Origin: Salpingoeca rosetta
Taxonomy: Eukaryota; Protista; Choanoflagellata
Length of the DNA stretch: 64,000 nt
Direction of reading: 5' to 3'
Assembly: GCA_033442325.1 (NCBI GenBank)
Contig: JAWQFM010000024.1
Coordinates: 633,716-697,715, forward strand
The translations under genes and the position numbers were made by a program. The notes beneath the pieces were generated by a model that ran no database searches, was not told the DNA's origin, and saw only the letters and a program-made list of their open reading frames with translations. The number at the start of each line of letters is the position of its first letter. Positions within the stretch are counted from its first letter, which is position 1. Positions 1 to 12,900 of this stretch are shown one piece after another.

Positions 1-3000
1 CTCGGCCAGTCCAACCTCATCCAGCACCACCACGGGCAGCACGTTGTCGTTGCTGGCTGTTTGCAGATACGCTTCCGCACGAGCAAACACCTGCAGGATA
101 CCCTCGCTCGTCGCCTCAACGCTGCCTTGGTACGCAAACACGGTGATGCCCGGGTACAACTTGAGCAGCGGGTCGCGCGAGTCTGGGCCGCGGAGACTGT
201 TGTTGACGAGGCTCATGCTCACCGTCTTGCTGTTGCCCGGCTTACCGACGAGGAAGATGGGGATGCGGTTGAGCAGCGACACGACAATGGAAAACGTGTT
301 CTCCAGCAAGGCCGCGTTCTCCGCCAAGTTCTGGAACTGCGGTGGCCGCCTGTCCATGCGGTCCACCATGTCCAGCTGCTCCTGATGCATGAACTTCAAC
401 AATGCTTTGGCTTTTGCCTGCTGCTCATCACCACCAATGCATCTCCTCAGTAGCGTTCGGCGTTGCGTATTGTCGGACAGGCGCACCATGTAGCACTGCA
501 TGAGCGACAGCCACGCGGCGTGCATGTTCGCCGTGAGCTCCGCCACGCGGACGTCACGCACGCACTTGTTGTGCGCAAGATCGCCACGGCGCTGCCGCCA
601 CGTCTTGAAGAACTTGAAGAGCGTGCAGAAGCGCTTGACGTCACGCAAGCTGATCATGTGGTCTGTCTGCGTCCTCAAGAAGTCGTGGCACTGATACAGC
701 ATGTGCACGACTGCGTTCTTCTCGTCCTGGTCCAGCCCAAGGCCGTCCACCATGCTGCCCATGTACAGTCGCTCGTCGCCAGCGGACAGCTCGCCAAAGT
801 CCCACACGTACGGCAGCATCGCCTCCGGCAGCGGGTGCACGCGGTACATGAGGTGCGACTGCGCGTCAATGGGCTGGCGCTCCGTGGTGACCAGCCCTGG
901 TGTTGGTGATGGGCGGTCACGGCGCTTGTACGGGTTGCACGCAGCCGCAATCTTGACGTTGTCCGGGATGGAGCGGGAGCCGCAGCGGCGGCGCACAATG
1001 ATGTCGGACAGCAGGTCGAGGTGTTCGCACGTGTTGATCTCGTCAAGGAAGACCCACACGGTCTTGCCTGCTGATTCTGCCACTGCCGCTGCCGTGGCAC
1101 GTGTGATGGCTGCGTTGACGTAAGCAACAATGTCCTGTGCAGTGGTGCCTGCATGGATGGCCAACGCACCGTCGTACACCACGTCGCGACGCATGTCTGC
1201 CAGCTGCTTGAAGAGGGACGTTTTGCCGCAACCTGCGTGGCCCATCAGAATGCACGGCACGTTGTTGGTGATGCGGATGTAGATCAGCACCATCTTCAGC
1301 ATGTTGTCCAGCGTCATGGCGTACTGGCCCTGCTCTCTGGTATTGGTGTGGTCAAGCAGATGCTGAACGCGCTCAAACAGCTCTTTCGAAGAGTGTGAAA
1401 CCATTGACCTGAGCGGCGCGAGCTGTGCCTCAAAGAAACGTTGCACCTCCTGTGGAACAGCCTGCGGGTCAGTGTAGAAAGGGTACACACACCCATCGTC
1501 AGCAGCGCACAGCATCCAGTGCGTCGCGCCTGATCCCGCGCCAGTCTGAATCCACGCCGGTACACGCTCCATGCGGCGCAGCATGTCATCTGTCATGGTT
1601 CCTTGCGAGTGCTGGTGGTGGTGCTGTGCTTGCCTCACTGCGTCGGCAGAAGGCACGGCAAACCGCCGAACTGTGTCCACCACAGCTGTGACCATGCCTC
1701 GGCGTATCTGGCGCGCTTGCTCTGGCGATAGCCCCATGTATGCGCAAAGCATCTGCTGTTGCACATACGCACTCGTGAACATGCGCGGCAGCTGCTGTGC
1801 TGTCACTCGAAGGAAAGCGTTGAGCTCGGCAAACGAGGCATGCCCCTCTTGCAGACGCGGGAAGTAGTGCTGAAGGAGCTCGAGGCAGCGCTCCCGCGGC
1901 AACGTTGGAATATCGACGAAGACTGTGGTGGCAATCTCTGCGCCGTACGTGAGGTGCGGCTCAACATATGCAGTGGACATGTCATTGGTGTGCAAGAGGT
2001 CCAAGTAGCGGCAGGCAAGCTGCATCGGGCTCTCAATGTCGGTGGACACGGTGACGTTCGACACATCCCAGGCAAGCCTGTGTGCACGAAACGGGGCTGC
2101 TGTTGTCAAGGACAGCTCGTCAAGCAGTCCGCTGTTGAGCGTGTTGCCGACCTCAACAAACACACGGAGTGAGGGTGGGATGTGCCACACGCGATCGTCT
2201 CTGGCCAAGCAGCGCAGCACCAGCAGCTGAAACAAATGCATGTTCAAGTCGGGCTCCACATTGAGGGCTGCGCCAACATCAATGTGTATGGCCCGCGGTG
2301 TGCTACCATCGCTGCTGATCCCAGGAAGGGCAGCAAGCTTCCCCAACAGTGTATCGAATGTGTCGTGGCCGGACACCAACAGCGTACAGGGCCGCTGCTC
2401 GGCATCAGCCTCGGCAGAGCGCATCTGCTCCTGAATCCACGTGGACTTTCCTTGCTGTGCCATTTCACTCGTCACCACAGTGACGTCTCCCTTGTCCTGT
2501 ATATGCAGGTCGACTTGGACTTTGAAGTCGTTGGCGGCGGTGATGTTACTGGCAACATCCTCCAAGTCCACGCCACTGATATCCACGAGCAGCTGCGCGT
2601 GTGTCGTGCGCTGACACACGACGCTGAGTCGAGGCAGAGGACGCCCGCGCAATTGCATGCCTGGGCGTCGTTCCATGTCTGGGCAAGGCGCCCTGGAGTG
2701 ACGAGGTGAGCACGGCGTAGTTGTCCACTGCCCCAGCTCGGCCTTGAGGTGCGCCTGTGCCTCGATGCTGAGGCGGCCAGGATGCACAAGTACGAATGGC
2801 GCGCCCGCACCAGGGTCCTGGCTGCGCTGGAGGAACAGGTGCAGTGTGTCTGGGTCCGTGTGTTTGGAGCAGAAGAGGCATTGTGCTGGAGCGAACCGCA
2901 GGTTGGCATCAGTGAAAGCTGCGAGGACGCATGTTGCTGTGGTCATGTCGTTGTCTGCAAGCATGACGCGCACGACGTCGTGTTTGGCGCCGTGCTGGAA

Positions 3001-5943
3001 GGGCGAAGGTGGAGGCGTGCTAGCTCGCGCCATCAGCGCTCGGGCAGACGTGGCATTGCTGCCGATGCTGTCTTGCACATCGGATAGCGCCATGCCCAGC
3101 TCGTATAGCGCTTCCTCGCCGCTCAGACCTTCAACATCAAACAGGCCATCATCGCCTGCCCAGTCTGAAAACTGCACGCTGTCCACGTGGGAACCAAACA
3201 GCAACGCCAACAGCTGCAGGCTCTCCTGCTCATCAAAGTCGCCCGTGTCTTCACAGAGAAAATGGGTCTGGAACAGAACAACAAGCTGCCTGTTTGAGAG
3301 CCGGGCAAGGGCTGGGAACCTTGCTCGTGCGCGCTGCAGGCTGGTGTTCCACATGCGCAGGTCCTGGACGAGTTCTTCGGCATACCCTTGCAACGACTCT
3401 TCATGCTCATCAGGGCGATGCACACAGGGAATGCGTCTGCGGTAATTGCTGCTGAACTCGCCGAGATGCCCGCTCTTGGCCAGTTTTGTAAGCTGCACCA
3501 GGGCCACGTCGACGTCGCGCAAGAGGTTACGAAACTGCAGCATGGTCTCACGCACCTCTGAATCCTCATCCGCAGAGAGCAGGCAAGCGCGCGCACGAAG
3601 GTCGCTGATGTCACGTTGGCCAAGCCTGGTGTTCCCCTCCTCCCCGACGAGCACGAGGGTGAAATCAGCAGTCTGGTGCAGCGTGTCGCAGTGGAACTCA
3701 ACGCATGCATGGAATGAAGGGTCCATGATCTTTCGGATTCTCTCGCGAGAAGCAGCGCCACGATCGGACACAGTCTCGACGAACATCTTCAAGCGAGGCA
3801 AGCTGGTATTGCAGATGCGAAGGAGCTGCGACAGTGAGTCGCGGCGCATAGCAGCACCAGTACGGTCGGCGGCGAATCGTGTGCCTGCGGTCTGCAGTGG
3901 CGCTTGCGTTTGATCGTATCGCTCGTGAAGTTTCTGTAGGTATGACTCGAAATCTGGGGCTTTCTCGTTCTCCAAAATCAGGGGCGCCATGAAGGAGTGC
4001 AGCTGAATGAAGGCATTGACCTGCTCCGACGTTGCCATGTATGCATCGGAGGCAAACGCCTCTGCACTCACGGTGTAGTGGCGGACGTCCTCGTGGCGTT
4101 GCTCGTAAAGGAATTCAAGAAGATCTGCTGAGTGTGCCAGCTCATGCACGACGTCCCACACCTCAGAGCGGGTTATCACACCCTCGACGCGCTGCACGGC
4201 ACGATGCAGCACCCCCAGCGTCTGCTCGTCGCCAGCATCAGGCTGCAACACGGCTTGAATGGTCTGTGTTAGGTGCGATGTGTTTGACGCGAGAAAACGT
4301 TCGCACACGCACAGCACGTGCTGCAGATCGGTGGCTCGGGCTTCGTACTCCTTGCGCTGAGCGTAGCTCGTGAGCTGTGCCTTGAGATCGCGGATGCTGG
4401 TACGTGTGCTTGTGCCTCGTTGGGATCGACCAAGGACGCGAAACAGCATGTCTACTTCAGGTGCGACTTGATCAGCGCTGAGATTGCCCCACATCACCTC
4501 CAAGGCACGCAGTGGTGTTGCTTCCGAAAGATGGAGAAAGTGGTTGGCATGGTCGCGTTGGGTCTTCACCGCTGTTGCAAGCGCCCTGTGCGCAGCAGAA
4601 GCTGATGGCTGGAAGTGGGAGATGTCGGGTTGGCGGGCAACACTAGCATCTCCGTCATCGCCATCGCCATCGTCATCGTCATCGTCATGAAGATCAGCGG
4701 ACATGCTGTTGTTGTGGTCGTCATCGTCGTCGTTGTTGTTGTTGTTGTTAATGAGTTGTTCGCGGTTGTCTTGGAGAGCCAGGATGTGTCTCACGTAAGC
4801 GCGGAAGGTGAGGCTGTCAGCCCGTTCAGAAACAGTGCGCAGATCATCAGCTTGGCTCCATTGTAGGATGCCTTGCCAGCGACTTGAGTTGGAGGCGCGC
4901 GATAGTGATTGGTCTCTCCATGTGCCCAGTTCACGCTGAAGCCTTTCAAGCCAAACATCTGACGGCAGCAGATGGTGTAACAAGCTGTGCAAGGCGCCAA
5001 CCAGTTGGCTTTCTTCCTCCAGTTTCTGTTGTGATGCAAATGCTGCGGTAACAATGTCCTCTGCGCAATGGCCAGCGTGCGTGACGAGGGACAGCAACGA
5101 GGTGAGCGCTTGCCTTTGTGCACGGACAACAGCAACATCGCGGCTCGTCTTCTTGAGATCGGCCCAGGCTTGCAGCTCCTGCACCAACACCCTGTGCGCT
5201 TCCTGCGCAGTCTGCGTTTCTGCCCACGCACGTGGTGAGTCAGCGCTGAGGATGCACTGCCACAGGGCCACGTGCTGCATCATGCTGCGGTACGACGTGG
5301 GCACCCGGATCAAAGCAAGAGCGTCCACGCCCAGCTGGTGGAACGTGGGATGGTGGGAATGGCTGTCATGTGCACCAGTTTGCAGGAGCTTGAGCACACG
5401 GCACAGATCGGCGTCGCTGGTGCGGCCAGAGCTGTGGCTTGCCGAAGCAAGCGCGCACACGCCTTTGCGTACAACGGCAAGCACCTCTTGGGCAGCACCC
5501 GCTCGATTCAGGTCAACGCAAGCGACGTTCTCCTGTGTGGCGCTCACCAGCTGCTCCAACAAGGTCATCGAGGGCGTATTGCACACACAGGCCACAACCA
5601 GTTGTGAGACAGGTTTCAGCCGCAGAGGGTCTGCACCGCGACAAGTTGGCCAAGGCTGCGTGCTGCGTGCTGTCGATGTCGAAGCAACGTTATCAGAGGG
5701 GACTTTGTGCTCTGCGCTGGCACTGCTGGGCGCGTCTTGCGGAACTTCCAGGCTGTTCTCTGGCGCATCACTGCTCTTATTCACGTGCCTGCTCTGCTCG
5801 TTTGCTCTGCTTGCAGCAATGACCTCGTCGTCGGCATCATCATCTTCATTTTCAGCAGCAGCAGCAGCAGCAGCAGCAGTAGCACTATGAGGAACAGCAG
5901 CATCAGCAGCATCATCATCACCATCACCATCATCATCATCATC

Positions 5944-6015
<72 letters not shown>

Positions 6016-8062
6016 GTCATCATCATCATCATCGGCAGCAGCAGCAGCAGTTGCTTCATTTGTATCAGCATCATCATTTGTAGCAGCATCATCATTTGTA
6101 GCAGCATCATCAGCGTCGTCAACACTGCCGTTACTGGGCGCCTGAGGTGGAGGAGTGAGAGCAGAAACGTGGCGCTGCAGCACAAGATCCAACTCGTGCG
6201 CATTGGCAAGCAGCTGCTTCACAGGCACTTGGAGGTGATCCGCAGTGCTCGAGCTGCTTGGGCGACGGGTGTGGCGACTGCCGTGGCTGGACAGCCACTG
6301 TTGCAGTGCACTGTTGGCCTTGGAAGTTGCTTTCACGTCAGCCCAGAGCTGGCACACGCTCTCAGCATCATCACGGGCCGTGCGCAGCACAGGCAACAGC
6401 AAGTTAGAGCACAAGCTGCTTGTCTTGCACTTTTCGAGAATGGTGGCCAGGAGGCGACTGCGCTGCTTCTTTGTCAGGATGTCGGACTGAGCCAGCTCAA
6501 CACTGCCATCCGCAAGTGTTTGCTGCTGTTGCAGCCCAGAAGCACTATCACTTGTTCTGGTGGCCCTGCTGCTGTTGGTGGTGGCGGTGGCACTGAGCTG
6601 GGACAGCCAAGCGTTGAAGACGACGTGCTTGGCGTCAGGGGTGTCCCTCATGAAACTCATGAAAGCTGTCGATGTGTTGTTGGAAGTGTTTGCGAGCGCA
6701 ATTTCAAGCTTCTTGTGGAAATCGTTGGGCCACTGCTCCCGCACATGCACAGCAAAATCGTGCTGGGTGATGAACGACAAGATTGAGGGGAGGTCATGCT
6801 GTGCTTGCATCACCCATGCGGCCAGTTGCACCTGTGTTTTCTTCGGCACCTTGACCGTCACCTCCTCCTTGTGTTTGCTGAGGAAGTCTGCGACTGCCAT
6901 CAGCATGGTATGGTGCTGTGTTGGACTGGGACGGAAGCCCTTTGGCAAACCAGCTTCGCACGTGAGGTTGCGCTGGCCAAAGCGGGGCTTCAGCGCTTGC
7001 ACGAGAGCAACAAACGCAAAGTTGTTTCGGCCGCACGCGGAGTCACGACTCTGGCCACAGTTCAGGATGGCTTTCAGCAGACGCAGGTGCCCACGCTTGG
7101 TGTCGGCGGCAGAGGGGCGCGCAGGAGACAACAGCCGCACAACGCTGTCGTCAGCGATGAGCAGCTCCTGCAAGGCCAGACGGGTGTGCGAGCTTGTGGC
7201 ACTTGAGCCAAGCTGCTTCTGAATGCTCTCATTGTCGGTAGCGTTCAGGAGCTGGAGGACGTTTTGCCCAGTGAGCTGCCTTGCAAACTGTGTGTCTCCA
7301 AACAGGAACTGGCACAGGGTCTGTGCCGGGATGGTGCGAAGAAGCGCCTTCAGCACACGCATGGCACCTTTGCCCCTGCCTTTGTTGGTGCTGCTGTTGC
7401 TGGTGCTGGTGCTGGTGCTGGTGCTGCTGGTACTGCTGGTGCCGGTGGTGCCGGTGGCGGTGGTGTTGTCGTCGTTGTTGCTGCTTAATTTGAAGCAGTG
7501 GCGCACGAAACAGCGCGTCGCATTGCCTGACAGAGCACTGCCATCTGTTTTGAAATCGCTGAAGATGTGTATGTGTGCTTGGCCTGGTGTGAGCCGTGTG
7601 TGTCGATTGTCTTTGTCCTGCCACGTCACAGCGTCACCATTGGAGTTGAACAATGAGACAAAACGGTCGGCCAAACCTCGCTGCTCCTTCCTCTTCACTT
7701 TGACGAGCTTGTGCGACAAGGTGCGGTCAGTGGTCTTGCCAGGCATGAGCTGGAGAGTGCGGTGGTAGTAGCTGCGTTTAGCGTCCATGCGTGTTTCCTG
7801 CAACCGCGTGTCTTCCGTTGGCAGCCATTCTTCTTTGTTGTCCTTGCCATTGAACCGCTGGCCCAGCTTTTCGTGCGATCCAAGAAGATGCAGCTCCAGG
7901 CCAGGCTCCTCAAGTACGTGCACATGCTATCCGTGCATGATTGTGGTGGCAGTGGTTGCGGTGTGTCCGTGTGGCATGGAGGGGTGAGAGAGTGGAGAGA
8001 GTGAGAGAGTGAGAGAGTGTGTGAGACGAAAGATGCGTTTGTGTTTGGGTGTGTGTGTGTGT

Positions 8063-8112
<50 letters not shown>

Positions 8113-9197
8113 TGTGTGTGTTGTGTTNNNNNNNNNNNNNNNNNNNNNNNNNNNNNNNNNNNNNNNNNNNNNNNNNNNNNNNNNNNNNNNNNNNNNNNNN
8201 NNNNNNNNNNNNNNNNNNNNNNNNNNNNNNNNNNNNNNNNNNNNNNNNNNNNNNNNNNNNNNNNNNNNNNNNNNNNNNNNNNNNNNNNNNNNNNNNNNNN
8301 NNNNNNNNNNNNNNNNNNNNNNNNNNNNNNNNNNNNNNNNNNNNNNNNNNNNNNNNNNNNNNNNNNNNNNNNNNNNNNNNNNNNNNNNNNNNNNNNNNNN
8401 NNNNNNNNNNNNNNNNNNNNNNNNNNNNNNNNNNNNNNNNNNNNNNNNNNNNNNNNNNNNNNNNNNNNNNNNNNNNNNNNNNNNNNNNNNNNNNNNNNNN
8501 NNNNNNNNNNNNNNNNNNNNNNNNNNNNNNNNNNNNNNNNNNNNNNNNNNNNNNNNNNNNNNNNNNNNNNNNNNNNNNNNNNNNNNNNNNNNNNNNNNNN
8601 NNNNNNNNNNNNNNNNNNNNNNNNNNNNNNNNNNNNNNNNNNNNNNNNNNNNNNNNNNNNNNNNNNNNNNNNNNNNNNNNNNNNNNNNNNNNNNNNNNNN
8701 NNNNNNNNNNNNNNNNNNNNNNNNNNNNNNNNNNNNNNNNNNNNNNNNNNNNNNNNNNNNNNNNNNNNNNNNNNNNNNNNNNNNNNNNNNNNNNNNNNNN
8801 NNNNNNNNNNNNNNNNNNNNNNNNNNNNNNNNNNNNNNNNNNNNNNNNNNNNNNNNNNNNNNNNNNNNNNNNNNNNNNNNNNNNNNNNNNNNNNNNNNNN
8901 NNNNNNTCTCGGGCAGTTTGACTGAAGGCGGTGAAGGAGCTGCCGTTGAATCGGGTTTGTAGCCAAGCCCATGATGTCTTGCAGCAAGCCAATCAGCCCT
9001 CGTGAAGCGGGTGCTTCAAGCCCCTGTTCTGGCAGCTGTGGTTGCTGCTGCTGCTGGGCACTTGACTGACTTGAGCTGGCTGCTGTTGTGATTGTGTTGA
9101 CACTGCTGGTGGTGGTGCTGCTGCTGCCATCAGCATGCTGGGACTTCTTCTTGTTGTCGCTCGATGGCTTCTTGCGACGTCTGTTCTTTCGACCCAT
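1..9197 (-). CDS. RNF213: RNF213/mysterin-like giant AAA+ ATPase (N-terminal part through AAA4; 3' end lies beyond the window)
   Basis: Probable first exon starts at ATG 9197 (MGRKNRRRKK...) and runs into the gap at 8128-8906. A large exon follows the acceptor 'tag' and runs 7926->1; both ends and every stretch I translated are in one frame. Motifs in RNF213 order: AAA1-like 'CLFCSKHTDPDTLHLFLQRS', AAA2 'VVTSEMAQQGKSTWI' (~2434-2478), AAA3 'YAMTLDNMLKMVLIYIRITNNVPCILMGHAGCGKTSLFKQL' (Walker A 1219-1242), 'VWVFLDEINT', 'IAACNPY', 'LVYRVHPLPEAMLPYVWDFGELS', 'VSLRDVKRF', AAA4 'NAALLENTFSIVVSLLNRIPIFLVGKPGNSKT' and 'VVVLDEVGLAE' (1-33). The E3 module is not visible, so orthology is not proven. 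Confidence 0.88.
5896..6031 (-). repeat. (GAT)n-rich coding repeat giving a poly-Asp/Gly acidic tract in the RNF213-like N-terminal region
   Basis: Plus strand (ATC)n. In the frame of the long exon it reads DDDDDGDDD... Confidence 0.85.
8128..8906. other. Assembly gap (Ns) inside the RNF213-like gene
   Basis: Run of N; may hide the end of exon 1 and further exons. Confidence 0.99.
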
Positions 9198-9686
9198 GAT
9201 GAGAGAGAGGCTGATGGTGATGGGGCGATCCCTCAGCCTCTTGTGAGTTTGGAGACTTGAAGACAGGAAGACAAGGCTACAAGGGGTGGGTTGCTGAGGC
9301 TGTTGGCGCGTCCGTGCGGCGCGGTAAGCAATACGGAAGCGTGAAGAGAGAAGAAAAAGGCAGAAAATGAGAAAGAGAAAGGTGGGGGGAGAGAAAACAG
9401 CTGCAGAGAGACGAAAAGGCTTCTTGGAGGTCAAACCTGTTCGTGGAGCTGACACGGAGAGCAGAGAGAAGAAGGAGAGAAAGAGCAGAGAGAAAGACAA
9501 CAAGGCTGGCGCCCCTGCTCTGCCACTGCGCTTACGTGGCTGTCAGTTCCACCTCACCAGACCTCACTGTCCGCAAACCAAACACAGAGCGAAAGTTTGC
9601 CTTTGGTTTGTGTGCTTTCGATTTTTTCAAGAAGTTATTCAATAATTGTCTTGAACGACAGCGACATACAGAACCACACATCGAAG
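9198..9686. promoter_or_regulatory. Short divergent intergenic region, putative bidirectional promoter (RNF213-like / LRR kinase)
   Basis: About 490 bp between the opposing ATGs at 9197(-) and 9687(+), with a GA/CT-rich tract. No defined promoter motif identified. Confidence 0.5.
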
Positions 9687-9904
9687 ATGAGGCAGTGCTG
9701 GTGGCTGTTGCTGATGATCGTGGTGTCTGCTGTTGTGCATGTGTGGGGTGCACAGAGCAAGCGCAGCAGTGTGCATGCTGCCACCATCGCACACCAAAGC
9801 ACGGTGTGTGTGTGTGTGTCTGTGTGTGTGTGTGTGTGTGTCTGTGTGTGTGTCTGTCTGTCTGTGTGTGTGTGTGTCTGTGTGTGTGTGTGTGTCTGTC
9901 TGTC

Positions 9905-9964
<60 letters not shown>

Positions 9965-12900
9965 TGTGTGTGTGTGTCTCGTGTGTGTGTCGTGTGTGTG
10001 TCGTGTGTGTGTGCGTGTGTGTCTGTTGTTCTGTGTGCGTGTGTGTGTGTGTGTGTGTCTGTGTGTGTGTGTGTGCGACCTGTGCTCTGTCGTCGCCTTT
10101 CTGCCTTTATCTTCTTCTCGCCTAACCCCGTGGCTTCCTCCTTCTTCACCCCGTGCCACACTCTTGATTCACCCCGACTGTCGTCTGCTCTCAAGCGCCA
10201 ACGTTTTCGTTCCTCCTCCGTCTTGCACAGCCCTCTTCCTCAGCTTTCTCACGCCAACACTCACTCACACGCACATCCGCAGGGTGATGAAGAACACAAC
10301 AAGCAGCTGTTATGCAGACAGGTGGACGACGTGTTAGAGCGGCTCGCATTGAGGCTCCAAGAGGACCAAGAGGAGGAAAGCTCAGCAAGAACAAGAAACA
10401 GAAGCAGGAGAACCGATCATCATCATCATCATCATCATCATCATGAGCAGCATCATCATGAGCAGCATCACAACCAGCAACGGCAACAACAGCAACAAAT
10501 CGTCCACTTTGATCATGGCCTCAGTGTACCACAGAGAAGAGCAGGGGCAAGGCATCTGTGGGACCCGCAGCCGCTTGATCTGTCTCCGATCAGAACCATG
10601 GCACAGTTGTTCGGCTGCTGCGTCAACTGTAGCGTTTCTCACACCAACCCAACGACAACGAGAGCCGGCAACCACTCTCAACAGCACCACCAGCATGATC
10701 AGAATGGAGGAAGCCTCAGCAAAACCACCACTGTGGGACAACAGCTCACAACACGTGCCTGGGAATCGCATCGACCCACCAGCCGCGCTACAAACACTCG
10801 TCGGGTTCGGCGTGACACCCCACTGCTCCTCTCGCGCCAGCTCTCGGAAGGCTTTTGCACGCTCGCCAGCCTGTTTGACAGCACGTGTCCGGGGCCCTTG
10901 AACAACCACACCCTCACCATCACCTTTGAAGGGGAAACTGCGATCGACCACAACGAAAACGCCACCGCCTCAGGGCGCGCCCTGCTCGACTCCTTCTCCG
11001 CTGACGTGCATGAACTGACGCTGCGTGGCATCATTCATGACCAGCCGCTCCAGTGGCTCCTCCACAACGTCGATTGGAGTGCCCTCAGCAGCATCACCCT
11101 GGAAGGCCTGCAGGCCCCCGAGTTCCAGTTTCACCTTCTCAACAGCTTGCAGGGCATCTCCGACGTGCGCATCCGGCACCACGCCCACCTCTCCATCTCA
11201 ACGCGCGCCTTCACCCGTGCGCACCAGCTCTCCACGCTCAGCTTGCGCAACAACTCCCTGCTCGCACTGCCTGAGCACGCGTTTGCCGGCATGACCGCGC
11301 TACGCGTACTGGACTTGCGGCAGAACCGCATCCGAACCGTGAGCGCAGCCATCCTCGCGCCCCTGTCCAGCGTCCGGCAGCTGCTGCTCGACTTCAACTT
11401 GGTCAGCAGCATTGAGCCGAGCGCCTTTAACACCACAACGCAGCTTACCATGCTCACGCTCAGCTTCAACGCCATGTCAGCCATTCCAGACGGCCTCTTC
11501 CACCCACTCTCGCGGCTGCGGCGCCTCAATCTCGGCGGCAACCCCATCCACAGCCTACGTCCAGCGACGTTCAGTTCCCAAACGGCCCTGCAAGAGCTGA
11601 ACCTCGACAACATGCTCTTGCAAAGCGTCCCACCACACCTGTTTGCTCACAACACGCGCCTGAGGATCCTCTACCTCTTCCGCAACTTCCTCACCTCGCT
11701 GCCGGAAGATCTGCTTGCAGGCATGTCGCAGCTGCGTGACCTCTTTCTCGATGGCAACCGACTCACCGCGCTTCAGGACGGCCTCTTTCGACACCTGACC
11801 GCGCTGGACTTCCTCACCGTCTCCCACAACCAGCTGACCACGCTCCCGCGTGGGTTGTTTGACAATTGCACCGCCCTGCGCGTGATCCATGCTCAAGGCA
11901 ACAAGCTTGCGTTGCTGCCTCCCGGTGTGTTCCGCAGCACCCCCTCGCTGCAACTCGTGTACCTGGCAAACAACAGGCTGCGGTCCATTGATGGCGTGTT
12001 TGAACAGACCACGCCCACCCTCGTGCGCGTTGATCTGGACCACAACCAGCTCTCGCGCTTCGAGGTGAACGCGCCGCTCTCACGCCTGTCAGCAATTACC
12101 CTCCGCAACAATCCGCTCGCCTCCCTGCCAGACCTGGCGGGCATGCACGTGCTGCAGGAGTTGCGACTGCTCAACCACCACATTCAGCGGCTGGACCTCA
12201 CGCCCGTCCTCGCCTCGGCCTCATTGCAAATCGTCCAGCTCGATGCGTCGCCCGATGCCAAGTCTGTTGCGCTCGTGGACACGGCCCAACTGGCGTCGCG
12301 CCCACCGCCAACACAGCTGCACACGCTGCACCTCTCCCACATTGACACCCGCGCCCTGTTCCGCCAGGCCTTGCCCCCACTGTCCCTCAATCGACTGCAC
12401 CTCGGTTGGCCTGGGATGAACGAGGACTCCGTCCCGCTGTCGCACATCTGTCGCCTCCTCGCCGACAGTGTTCAGGACATTTCGCTCACGACAACCATGT
12501 ACAAGACCGTGAGCCTTTGCGATAACAAAACCTATCATGCCGTCTTTCTCCAGGACAACACCGCGCTCAGGACGGTTGAAGTGCCTACGGGTGTGAGGAC
12601 GCTGAACGTGTCTGGGTGCCATGCCCTGGATCGCATCGATGTGCCGTTTGTGGACGTGCTTGATGTGTCGCAGACCTTGCTTGGGCCGAGCCAAGCCGTC
12701 TGCGACACGTTGGGACGCCGCATCCTGTTTGCGCGGGACATGAATCCAGCCAAGTTTCGCACGCTCGAGGTCAGCGTGACGCTGCGGCGCTGTTTGGAGC
12801 GCTTGGACGTTCTTGACCTCTCTCGCAACTCCTGGCTGGATTTGCCTGGGGAGCTCTCGCGACTCACGAGCCGCCCCGTCGCCCTCTCATCGCAGCCGCG

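Noticed and set aside
44-7768. Many plus-strand ORFs (e.g. 5707..6786, 5054..5890, 2744..3445)
   Set aside because: Antisense or off-frame shadows of the RNF213-like exon; no motifs of their own.
7695-9503. 602-aa ORF spanning the N gap
   Set aside because: Artefact of reading through Ns; only the part from 9197 to the gap is plausibly coding.
9443-10282. N-terminal ~280 aa of the 1436-aa ORF, with poly-CV
   Set aside because: Upstream sequence plus intron 1 read through. The real start is the signal-peptide exon at 9687 in another frame.
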